A stretch of DNA of 64,000 nt from a virus, in the IMG/VR virus record IMGVR_UViG_3300021964_000014. One strand, 5' to 3'. The notes under the pieces were generated by a model, which saw only the letters and a program-made list of their open reading frames with translations, did not search any database and was not told the DNA's origin. The number at the start of each line of letters is the position of its first letter. Position 1 is the first letter of the stretch. Made by a program: the position numbers and the translations under genes. This document shows, piece after piece, positions 47,401 to 55,663 of this stretch.

Positions 47401-50400
47401 GTAATTTGGTTTTGAGTTGTTGTTATTTGCCCTGCAAAAGTTGATGCACCTGCTGTTGTAATTCTTAATAACTCTGTACCACTTGCACCTGTAGAAACTG
47501 TAAAATTACCTCCGCCGCCATCATTTAGATTTGTTGCTAACGCAATACCAGAAACAGAACCTAAAGTTGTAACATTACCATCAGGGTTGTGGGTTGTAGA
47601 ATCATCATCGAAATCTAAAAAGTTAGATGCTGGATTATTAGATGATTTTAATAATTTAGCTACATTTAATGTTATATCTTCACTAAATGTTATTGCACCG
47701 GCTGCTGTATCTGCTGTATCACTTCTTAAGAATTGAGAAGAATCTAAACTATCTAATGTACCTGCATTGTCAGCATATTCTGAATGAGAGGCCGAAGTGG
47801 CTGTTGCTGCATTTCCTGTTATATCACTATCGGTATATGCTAATTGTTTAGCTGTACCCCAATTAGTAGCTGCTTGATCTGCTTGATAATGATATATTTT
47901 CTTCTCACTCTTATCAAAAGCAAGTATGTTTGCATCACCACCAGTGCTATCATTGTAAGAGTTTAAATACAGAACATCTTGATAGTTAGTACCAGTGCCG
48001 CTACCAGCTTCTAATCCTTCTTTTGATGAAAAGAATATTCTTAAATCATTAGTATACCCATAATCCTCAGGAGCCATGTCTCTATCATCGGTAGCATTTA
48101 AATTATTTGCTTGAGCTGCAGTTCCTGTTGTATTTTGATTCCAAGTAGGAACTGTACCTGTTAGTCCTGAATAAGGAACAGATGAAGCTGATGTAGCTGA
48201 ACCTGCACTAGTTGCTGATGTAGCAGAGGTTGCATTATCAGCATATTCTGCATGAGAAGCAGATGTTGCTGACCCAATTGTACCTGTTAAGTTACTACCG
48301 TCCCCGTAGTATGCTGAACCAGAAACTGTACCTACTACGTGTAGAGGGTGTAAAGGAGAGGTTGTTCCAATTCCAACCCTGCCTGCGTTAATGGTTAAAG
48401 TAGTGCCGTTTTCGTCCCCTAATTGTAGGTCTGAATCGGTTGATGCTCCCCCTCTTTGAGATGCTCTGATAAATGGTCCGGCGTCTCTATTTGAGTTAGC
48501 TTTAAATTGAATACGTGCTGCTCCGGTTGAAGTACCGTTTTCTATTAGTAATTGATCTGAGTCTCCTCCTAATACATGTAATTTTTTCGAAGGACTAGTT
48601 GTTCCAATACCTACGTTACCGTCTTTGATACGCATACTTTCACCGCCAGATTCTTCAAATACTATATCCCCACCGGATGGACCTACGTTTAGTTTTAGAT
48701 GTTTAGCATCTGTTTGTCCTACGAAAGCATAATCTGAACCTGCAAGATCTCCATTTGATGCATCCATATAAATCCCTGCATCTCCAGATCCTGTGTTTGC
48801 TATTGAGATAGCTGTATAGCTTGAATTACCGTTAATAAGTTTAAGAGGGATTGCAGAAGTATTGGACATTGTAAGTACCCCAGTTGTTGTATCCGCTGCA
48901 TCGCTTCTTATGAAAGAACCTGGGTTTATACCTCCTAATGTACCTGCATTATCAGCATATTCTGCATGAGAAGCAGAAGTTGCTAATCCTATTCTTCCTG
49001 TTAAGTTACTTGCATCTCCGTAGTAAGTTGAACCTGATACTTGCCCAGTAACAGCAATACCTGTACTTGTTGTTTCAAACTTTTTAGAGTTATCGTAGTA
49101 TAGTTTTACTGCACCATTTTCAATAAAATTAGCTAATGTTTCATTTCCAGCACCATTAAGAAAATCATACTGGGTTGAGGACATAAATCTCAATCGACCA
49201 GTTGTGTTTTTAATAATACTGTTAGTACCGTCGTGATATAATTGTAAATCAAATGAATTACCTAATGATATATTTGTGCTATCTGGTATTAATATATTTT
49301 TTGTGAATCTATTTAATTGTTCAGAACCATCTATGTAATAGTAAGTATCTAAGCCACCGCTTCCATTATCTGATCTAAATATAATATCTTGATCATCAGC
49401 ATTATTATCAATATATAAATGACCCTCATAAGTAGCTATGTGAGAATAGGTTGCTTTATGTCCAATCTGGAACATATCACCGTTGCCCATCAATAATAGC
49501 TTATTATCTACAAGTCTTAAATGATCTCTAAATAAACCTGTACCGTTAACATCTAATGTATAAGATGGTGTGATCGTGTTAATACCTACTTCACCGGAAG
49601 CAGAAATAAACATTCTTGAACTAGTTAAAGTCTTAAATGTTATACCTCCTACTCCTGTATTTTGAATAGTCTGTGATGCTCCGGTTGAAGCTAACCAGTG
49701 GTTATAAAGTAAATAATTACTACTATTATCTTTCCAAAGGTAAATTTTACCGCTATTCTTTAATCTTACATCTCCATCAATTCCAACACTACCGGTAAAG
49801 TCGTGATTATCATCTGAGGTATCGCCAAACTTAGTTGAACCGCTATCGAATAGTATAGAAGCAGATACATATTCAGTATTAAACTGCTGTGCAGTTAACG
49901 TACCTGTCACTGTCAAGTTACCGGTTAATGTATCTGTTGTATTAAGTAAATACGACGAGGTAGCCGCATTAAGAGACGTTATATTACTAGCATTTGTACT
50001 AATATTACCTGCGTTAGTTTTAGAGGTACTTGCTAATGAAGCTGATGTTGACGTAAAGGAACCGGATATCTTTGCCGCTGTTAATCCTTTTATTAAAGAT
50101 AAACTAGTTACTTCAGAATCCATTAATGCTCCAAACGAAGTGATTTGATCTGATCCTGATACTATATTAGCAGGTATATTATCTAATTCGTTATAATTTG
50201 TGGTTAAACCTTCAAATCTTGTTGCAACCGAAGCTGAGTATGATGTGATAGAGCCTGATATGTCTGATGCTATTTGAGCTGATTGAGATATTAAAGTTTT
50301 ACCTTCTAATGTATCTAATCTACCATCATTAGTTTTTATATCAGCCGCAAGTGAACTACTTAATGTTGTATCGGCACTTGTTGCGAAAGTTTTAACAGAA

Positions 50401-51182
50401 GCAGAAACTGCATTAAGTTCTGCATCAGTTGCATATTCGGTGTCTAAGCTACTTATCCTACTTGCTAACGAAGAGGACATTGCTTGTAGATCAATCCCGT
50501 CTACTGTTCCTGATACTGATATAGAACCTGTTACTCCTAAACTATCACCAAATTGAATAACAGTACCTGCACTATCTATAATCTTTTTACCCGAAAGTAT
50601 TTCTACAGTACCTTTTAATTCAATATTACCTGTATCTGTTTGTAAGGTAATATCATCTGCGCCTGTTTCTAATAATTTTAAACTTTGACCGGTATCTGTT
50701 GAGACAGTTAGGACATTAGAATCAGATGATAAAACTTGAGTACCGTCTATATATAAAGATGCAGAAGATAAATATAAATCTCTCCATTGTGCTGTAGGTG
50801 ATCCTAAGTCGTATTGGTTGTGTCCATGAGGCATCATGTGACCGACCATTTGAGTATCTGCATTACCGTCTTTATCGGTCATACTCAACTTACCATCATC
50901 TACCTTAATTCTTTTTTGATTATTTCCTGAACCTATAAGGATCTCTTCTACTATAACTTTTTTTCTATTATTTGATCCATCTTTAAATTCTATGTTACCA
51001 CTAGAATCTTTGGTCATTTTTGTACCACCAAGATCAATAGTAGAACCGGCTAAGTAGATATCATTCCATCTATTAGTTGATGAACCAAGATCAAATACTT
51101 CAGTTGTAGTAGGAATTATACTACCTGATACTTGACTTTGTATCTCTATACTACCGGTTAATTTAGGATCAAATATCTTCAT
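44409..51182 (-). CDS. Very large modular tail fibre / fibre-scaffold protein
   Basis: DLGSSTNRWNDIY repeats, coiled-coil segment, GNVGIGT repeats; segments shared with the 34297 and 29153 proteins. Confidence 0.82.
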   Translation of the reverse strand: MKIFDPKLTGSIEIQSQVSGSIIPTTTEVFDLGSSTNRWNDIYLAGSTIDLGGTKMTKDSSGNIEFKDGSNNRKKVIVEEILIGSGNNQKRIKVDDGKLSMTDKDGNADTQMVGHMMPHGHNQYDLGSPTAQWRDLYLSSASLYIDGTQVLSSDSNVLTVSTDTGQSLKLLETGADDITLQTDTGNIELKGTVEILSGKKIIDSAGTVIQFGDSLGVTGSISVSGTVDGIDLQAMSSSLASRISSLDTEYATDAELNAVSASVKTFATSADTTLSSSLAADIKTNDGRLDTLEGKTLISQSAQIASDISGSITSYSASVATRFEGLTTNYNELDNIPANIVSGSDQITSFGALMDSEVTSLSLIKGLTAAKISGSFTSTSASLASTSKTNAGNISTNASNITSLNAATSSYLLNTTDTLTGNLTVTGTLTAQQFNTEYVSASILFDSGSTKFGDTSDDNHDFTGSVGIDGDVRLKNSGKIYLWKDNSSNYLLYNHWLASTGASQTIQNTGVGGITFKTLTSSRMFISASGEVGINTITPSYTLDVNGTGLFRDHLRLVDNKLLLMGNGDMFQIGHKATYSHIATYEGHLYIDNNADDQDIIFRSDNGSGGLDTYYYIDGSEQLNRFTKNILIPDSTNISLGNSFDLQLYHDGTNSIIKNTTGRLRFMSSTQYDFLNGAGNETLANFIENGAVKLYYDNSKKFETTSTGIAVTGQVSGSTYYGDASNLTGRIGLATSASHAEYADNAGTLGGINPGSFIRSDAADTTTGVLTMSNTSAIPLKLINGNSSYTAISIANTGSGDAGIYMDASNGDLAGSDYAFVGQTDAKHLKLNVGPSGGDIVFEESGGESMRIKDGNVGIGTTSPSKKLHVLGGDSDQLLIENGTSTGAARIQFKANSNRDAGPFIRASQRGGASTDSDLQLGDENGTTLTINAGRVGIGTTSPLHPLHVVGTVSGSAYYGDGSNLTGTIGSATSASHAEYADNATSATSATSAGSATSASSVPYSGLTGTVPTWNQNTTGTAAQANNLNATDDRDMAPEDYGYTNDLRIFFSSKEGLEAGSGTGTNYQDVLYLNSYNDSTGGDANILAFDKSEKKIYHYQADQAATNWGTAKQLAYTDSDITGNAATATSASHSEYADNAGTLDSLDSSQFLRSDTADTAAGAITFSEDITLNVAKLLKSSNNPASNFLDFDDDSTTHNPDGNVTTLGSVSGIALATNLNDGGGGNFTVSTGASGTELLRITTAGASTFAGQITTTQNQITTNIGTTSAIRLKPGSTTNTSGKSSIFLGTSPVDNYGVSLRGARLGTDGTPAFEIATHNNSANGSVVLSMDNSGNANFSAKVQADSWFQGASGMNTLWSNASAGTLLQTAGSTANNNDSKIFFRNSNTAVSHTFDTNNGDLSIGTSAMTSGNPIITLYGRDTGNSTTDSLTVQVKTNGHSQFTTTGDRLKLDSAQYIQSQKTHLFDGEMFMYNNKWLRVLDSAGNSWNRILGATNGDVVQVGAIASYDTGKGEVSIFSNNTERMRITAAGNVGIGTTGPGDKLHIKGGFRIEDGSSASNLRLFLSDPNSVDFAIEPSNDTTANVFKFRPNSQNESAGLRVYDRYEQDYISLRHNASNAFIETDSDSIYISPEGNQALKVEAGGNVGIGTTSPASKLQVSGDAYVTGEFSQGVSNANKIYNYGSEFRTSGASIQIAFGRDGNSIGSGGIGADSANCFSVWNTASTVQRMVVTQAGNVGIGTTSPTRKLHVVGDIEGTIFRDGNYYLDPSSNSVLAGNLTVGTNLTVYGDTTLGNSQDDNTIVYGNLSGVLSNSGEGLSKIEGFIAEIGAENGENQFILPGSTQNELAGADERFTVSATLNGSATSLSSNVFKSTHHYQSISVSTNDTVVITITNASFSHSSGTGIVFSSRAWRAKNITIETTTDGTNWTSRGSVTNYAYSSYYVTFNTGGTATTGIRFTLTNFNTTSTRIAHLFANNYAGGEAYHVDKWYEDTKYNVLNIDSSGDTDNYYLRLREGGSDRFTIYENGNNVYFNGGPGNTVFRPQQNGGSGNFAVYGGNTEFDTSGNGTLAGNLTVAGTITAQQFHTEYVSSSILHESGSTSFGNSSDDVHNFTGSLNVQGNISHEGITPTSGTDIDQIKTFSQSLTVTTSWSDTGINGTDLATGTYILQMYAHNYAVGGGHYYETYSGTMSWFAGNTNSSNSDEIVLHKAGHAPSNRHIYLRVLRTASADTDDLKLQIASNVTTSGDSTYTFKFRRMI

Positions 51183-51183
51183 T

Positions 51184-51951
51184 TTATAGTGCTCTTACTA
51201 ATGTTTTAATAGACCAATCATCACTTGTAACTGTTGCTCGTAACCTCATATCTGCTCCAGATGTATCAACGCTAAAAGTAACTCCACTTGTGTCTCCAAT
51301 ATCACTTGTTGAATTGTCTGTAAACTTTACAGACCCTCCATTATAAATAGCTATTACTGTACCTGCTCTAGCATTAGATCCACTTATGCAAGTGTAGTCG
51401 AAAAATGCTCCTGAGTATGATCCTGTATTTACTGTTGCTACTGTTTCTATAGCAGCAGAATCAACATCTATATTTTCTTGATAATCAAGTAAAGCGCTTT
51501 CTATTTTAAATTCTTCTGCATAAGAAGCTGTAAAAGCAATACCACCAACATTAACTGCTGCTGTACCTGCTGTGGCTGTATCAAAGTAGATTTTAATGTT
51601 ATTGTCATCAACCATTTCAACCCTTCCGGGTATGATCTGATTATCGTTAGTATCAAATACTTGAACTACGGGAAATTGATCTCCAATATTATGAGCTAAA
51701 GACCAAGTTGTAGCTGCTACTGTTTGAGAAAGTTTAATGGAACTACCATAACCACCTGGTGAAATACCTGTTAGATTAGAACCGTCTCCGTAATAAGTAG
51801 ACGCTGAAACTGGGCCTTCTACTGATAGTAGATGCGAAGGAGAAGATGTACCTATACCTACAGTCCCCCCAAAGGAGCCTGTGCCTTGTACAGTAAGCGA
51901 ATTTAAGTTAGCATCAGATCCGCTAACTATTAGTTTTTTCCAGTTCGGCAT
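51184..51951 (-). CDS. Virion structural/fibre-associated protein
   Basis: MPNWKKLIVSGS N-terminus, WSLAHNIG...PVVQVFD domain, beta-rich C-terminal domain. Confidence 0.7.
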   Translation of the reverse strand: MPNWKKLIVSGSDANLNSLTVQGTGSFGGTVGIGTSSPSHLLSVEGPVSASTYYGDGSNLTGISPGGYGSSIKLSQTVAATTWSLAHNIGDQFPVVQVFDTNDNQIIPGRVEMVDDNNIKIYFDTATAGTAAVNVGGIAFTASYAEEFKIESALLDYQENIDVDSAAIETVATVNTGSYSGAFFDYTCISGSNARAGTVIAIYNGGSVKFTDNSTSDIGDTSGVTFSVDTSGADMRLRATVTSDDWSIKTLVRAL

Positions 51952-52026
51952 GTCTTTCTTATCACGGTTGGTTACAGGATTGCCTGCCCACTTCCCTTAC
52001 GGGCCAATAATATACGTATAAATAGC

Positions 52027-52050
52027 AAAGGAGCCCATAAGGCTCCCTTT
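52027..52050 (-). terminator. Probable terminator hairpin AAAGGGAGCC-TTAT-GGGCTCCTTT
   Basis: Inverted repeat directly after the small ORF stop and directly before a TATTTATA element. Confidence 0.6.
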
Positions 52051-52228
52051 ACTTATTCTCTAAATCTTTAAACGAACCTGCTAACTTTACCCATACCTTG
52101 TAAAACATTTCAAATTCATGCCCAGTATAGTTAGCATTTCGCAATTTAAGTAAAACAAACTCTAGTTCATCTTTACTTAAGCTATTATTTGGTTGTGTTC
52201 TCTTTCGAGAATTTGTTAGAATACCCAT
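52049..52228 (-). CDS. Small hypothetical protein (59 aa, not in ORF track)
   Basis: MGILTNSRKRTQPNNSLSKDELEFVLLKLRNANYTGHEFEMFYKVWVKLAGSFKDLENK fills the intergenic gap. Confidence 0.72.
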   Translation of the reverse strand: MGILTNSRKRTQPNNSLSKDELEFVLLKLRNANYTGHEFEMFYKVWVKLAGSFKDLENK

Positions 52229-52247
52229 ATAACTAATTTATGAAATA

Positions 52248-53246
52248 TTAAGCGTAAATCCAAATCTCTCCTGAGGTATCTACTTTTATATTACCGTTTT
52301 TCTGGTATTTTGCTTTATCTGTAGATTCAACGATGTTCTCGTCAACTACTACCGGTACGAAAGCGTCAGGAGCAAAAGATGTTGCATTAGATGCTAAAGA
52401 ACCTGTAGTGGCAAATCTACTAGTTGCTGTATCCCATGCAAATACCTCTCCTGCTTTACCGCCTTGGTCTATAATAATACCACCTTCGGCTGCTCCAGCT
52501 GAACCAGATGCTAATAAGATAAATGCATCTTCTACGTTCAGGTTAGTAACTTGTTGCTCAATTGTATCCCCGGTTACTGTTAAGTTTCCTTGGATAGTAA
52601 TGTTATTGGCAAACGTTCTATCACCAGTAATTGTATCAGCAAGTCCGTAAGTTACAGTACCTCCAGTACCTAACGTAATAGATGAACCAGCATCGACTGT
52701 TAATTCACCTGAAGTTGCTGTGTATGTAATTGAAGTGTCACCTTCTACTGCTGTACCTGCTGTTGAACCGTAATCTACTGATAGAGCTGTACCGGCACCG
52801 CCTGATAAACCTGTACCTGCAACAGAAGTATTTAATTGAGTTTCTGTAATTCCTCCATCAGTAACTGCAACTGTAATAGTTTGTGCTGTTGCGGCTGTAC
52901 TAATTGAATTACCGGATAGTATACTAAAGTCTTGAGTTAATAGATCTACAGTTGTTGTTGATCCTCCCGATCCTGTAATATCTAAACTTGTTACTAACCC
53001 TGTTAATTGTGAACCATCGCCTTGGAAAGAACCGCTAAATGAACCGGAAAGAATTGAAGTAGCTCCGGTTGATGTAATTACTGATGATCCAAGTCCGAGA
53101 GTAGAGCCGTTAAATGTAATACCACTACTTTCGATGGCGCCTCCAACTCCGGCTACAAGTATGTTGTCATTAGTTAGTATTGAGGAGGTAATCGATGCTA
53201 AATGCGCATCAGATCCACTAACTATTATCTTTTTCCAGTTTGCCAT
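52248..53246 (-). CDS. Virion fibre/whisker-like structural protein
   Basis: MANWKKIIVSGS N-terminus; ITIQGNLTVTG...NLNVEDAFILL; Gly/Ser/Thr-rich. Confidence 0.7.
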   Translation of the reverse strand: MANWKKIIVSGSDAHLASITSSILTNDNILVAGVGGAIESSGITFNGSTLGLGSSVITSTGATSILSGSFSGSFQGDGSQLTGLVTSLDITGSGGSTTTVDLLTQDFSILSGNSISTAATAQTITVAVTDGGITETQLNTSVAGTGLSGGAGTALSVDYGSTAGTAVEGDTSITYTATSGELTVDAGSSITLGTGGTVTYGLADTITGDRTFANNITIQGNLTVTGDTIEQQVTNLNVEDAFILLASGSAGAAEGGIIIDQGGKAGEVFAWDTATSRFATTGSLASNATSFAPDAFVPVVVDENIVESTDKAKYQKNGNIKVDTSGEIWIYA

Positions 53247-53280
53247 GTTATTTAATGAGTTTTATATATTATAAATATCG

Positions 53281-53658
53281 TTAATTATTAAATCCAAGAA
53301 AGAATTCATCTGAGCCGCTATAAAACATTCCACCACTTACAGCTGTAGGTGCAGTATTTTGAGCAGACATTTGTAAAGTACCTTCTTCGTTTACTTTTAT
53401 TTTCTCTTCTCCGTTAACAGAAATACCGAAATAGTCTTCTACTCCGTCTAATTCTAATTGAAAAGAACCTGTTATTTTTAAATCATTTGTTGTAGAATAA
53501 TAAGAACCGGTTTGTTTAAAGATACCATTAGTAAACAACTCTCCGTTTACCGTCAAAGGTCCATCTATATTGAGAGAACCAGATAAATCTAAACTTCCGG
53601 TCAGTGATTTCGAACCGGAAATGTCAGGATCAATTTGTTTCCATTGAATTAATGCCAT
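53281..53658 (-). CDS. Small virion structural protein
   Basis: 125 aa, repeated [ST]GS motif, follows tail-completion gene. Confidence 0.65.
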   Translation of the reverse strand: MALIQWKQIDPDISGSKSLTGSLDLSGSLNIDGPLTVNGELFTNGIFKQTGSYYSTTNDLKITGSFQLELDGVEDYFGISVNGEEKIKVNEEGTLQMSAQNTAPTAVSGGMFYSGSDEFFLGFNN

Positions 53659-53659
53659 C

Positions 53660-54874
53660 TTATCTTATTTTACCGCTTATTACCACTTCATCTCCAGTAC
53701 TTAATGTATATTCTGTTTGTCCTGTTTGAACAACTGCAGATACATCACTACCTAACTGCTGTACTGTGTAGTAATTAGCAGGGATAAACTGTCCGTTAAT
53801 AAATAATGAGAATCTTTCATCACCAGAAGTAAATCCTGCTGGTGTTTCTTCTATATTTCTATTATTGAACAGAGCAGTATTAGTTGTTACATAGTCTGCT
53901 ATAAATGTGTTATGTAAAGCAACATAATTTATCTGTTCTGTTGTCATACCAAATCTCTGAACTCCTAAAGCACCTTGATCGAAGAACCTGTAATCTGCTT
54001 CTGCTTCTGATGTTCTTGATCTTGCTTGTAATTCTTCTATATCTCCTGCTAGTTCCATACCGAAAGTAACTGAAGATTTAGAATAATATTTATTCATACC
54101 AGCTAATTGTGCATTTATACTGTCAGGCACTACATGTCCGTTCATTACTAATGTAAAATTCGTCTTAGCCGCACGATCTTGCCCTTGAGCCAGTTCAGTA
54201 GTCGTAGTATATGAGTCTATTTTTGCTCTAAAACTAAATCTTTCAGGGTCTCCCCAATATCCATCAGAAGCATAGTTAATAGATTCTACTATCTTATTCA
54301 TCTGCTCTATGTAATCAGTAAATATCATACAAGAGTAAGTTAAAGTAACATATTCTGGTACTATTATACCGTAGTATTCATTTATAGGTTCTCTGTTAGT
54401 TATTAAACTAAATCTATCGTAAACATTTTTCTTAGAAAATTGCTTTTTAAATATACCTACATTGATTGGATTAGTTGGATCTACCTTATTACCTAAAGAT
54501 CTGTTTTTATCAACAGAATCTCTTTTAAACATAATGAGAGGCGCTTGAATCTTACCGTTTTTATCACGGTAAAAACCGTCTTTCTGCACAGACTTCCATC
54601 TTTCAGGAGAACCATATAGGATAGGTACGTTTATCTTAGAGCCATTTTGATTTACAGAAGGTTTTATTACATTATTAAAGTAGTATATAATAGTTTCATC
54701 TATATCTCTTAATCCTACTGTAAATCTTTTAGTTTTATCGCCCTTTACTGTTCTTTGATTCTCTCTTTTCTTAGAATTAGGTACAGGAGGTTTGCCAGTA
54801 CTCAATACCGGTTTAATCTCCTTTTGAAGGAGTTCTGCTTGTGATTTTGGAACTGGTTTCTTTCTTCTAGCCAT
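53660..54874 (-). CDS. Tail completion / sheath terminator-like protein (gp15-like)
   Basis: VPILYGSPERW, PEYVTLTY...QMNKIVE; position after neck genes. Confidence 0.65.
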   Translation of the reverse strand: MARRKKPVPKSQAELLQKEIKPVLSTGKPPVPNSKKRENQRTVKGDKTKRFTVGLRDIDETIIYYFNNVIKPSVNQNGSKINVPILYGSPERWKSVQKDGFYRDKNGKIQAPLIMFKRDSVDKNRSLGNKVDPTNPINVGIFKKQFSKKNVYDRFSLITNREPINEYYGIIVPEYVTLTYSCMIFTDYIEQMNKIVESINYASDGYWGDPERFSFRAKIDSYTTTTELAQGQDRAAKTNFTLVMNGHVVPDSINAQLAGMNKYYSKSSVTFGMELAGDIEELQARSRTSEAEADYRFFDQGALGVQRFGMTTEQINYVALHNTFIADYVTTNTALFNNRNIEETPAGFTSGDERFSLFINGQFIPANYYTVQQLGSDVSAVVQTGQTEYTLSTGDEVVISGKIR

Positions 54875-54878
54875 CTAA

Positions 54879-55364
54879 TTATAGTCTTTGTCTAGCGATT
54901 CCTACTTTATCTGCTCTTGTTAAGTGACAATCTAATACTAGAGATATAGATTCTCCGTATCCAGAGGCACGTTCTACATTGTAATTATTATTTCTACCGT
55001 AGAATAACTGGTTCTCCTTAACTGAATCTACTTCATAATAGTCTTCATGCCACATTACTATATCCCCTACCTCAGGAACAAGTTGTATATCTTCTAAATC
55101 TCTTCTTAATAGTGCAAATGATGCTTCTCTTCCTAAATCAGGTCCAAATTCATCTACATTATATACTTGATCACCTCTAGTTATTAAACAATTTAACTTT
55201 ACTGCTTCTAAGTAAGTCTTTTCTAATGCTTCTCCGTATAAATTAGTAGAAGTATCAGCAATACTGAGCTTGTAGATGAGTATTTCTTGCTCAACTACAT
55301 CTTTTAATAGCTCTCTATTAATACTTACTAATAGATCAAAATCTCTGTTACTTCCAAATAGCAT
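54879..55364 (-). CDS. Head completion / neck protein (gp14-like)
   Basis: NLYGEA, PEVGDIVMW...YYEV; position. Confidence 0.65.
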   Translation of the reverse strand: MLFGSNRDFDLLVSINRELLKDVVEQEILIYKLSIADTSTNLYGEALEKTYLEAVKLNCLITRGDQVYNVDEFGPDLGREASFALLRRDLEDIQLVPEVGDIVMWHEDYYEVDSVKENQLFYGRNNNYNVERASGYGESISLVLDCHLTRADKVGIARQRL

Positions 55365-55663
55365 TACTTCTTTTCTATTGTTTCTTCTGCTATCTCAATC
55401 TTAATTATATTAGGATATTTTGATGTAGCATTGTTTTTAAACGAATTAAACGCCTCTGAGGCTTCTTTCTGACTTATTAGTTTCACTTTAAACGTCATTG
55501 CACCCATTTCTGCTGATGAACCAGCATTAGTTACTGTGGTAACTCCGGGTAAAGCACGTAAAAGTTCAGCTAAATTTTCACTTTCACCTTCTTTGAACAT
55601 AACACGTACCATACCTTCATAGGTATTAAATAATATCTGTTCTATTATGGTGATTAATTTCAT
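55364..55663 (-). CDS. Hypothetical protein
   Basis: 99-aa ORF with MKLITIIE N-terminus and LRALPGVTTV. Confidence 0.65.
   Translation of the reverse strand: MKLITIIEQILFNTYEGMVRVMFKEGESENLAELLRALPGVTTVTNAGSSAEMGAMTFKVKLISQKEASEAFNSFKNNATSKYPNIIKIEIAEETIEKK

Noticed and set aside
25128-51182. Diversity-generating retroelement acting on fibre genes
   Set aside because: No reverse transcriptase in the window and no non-coding template repeat with adenine-specific mismatches was seen; shared blocks are coding in both copies.
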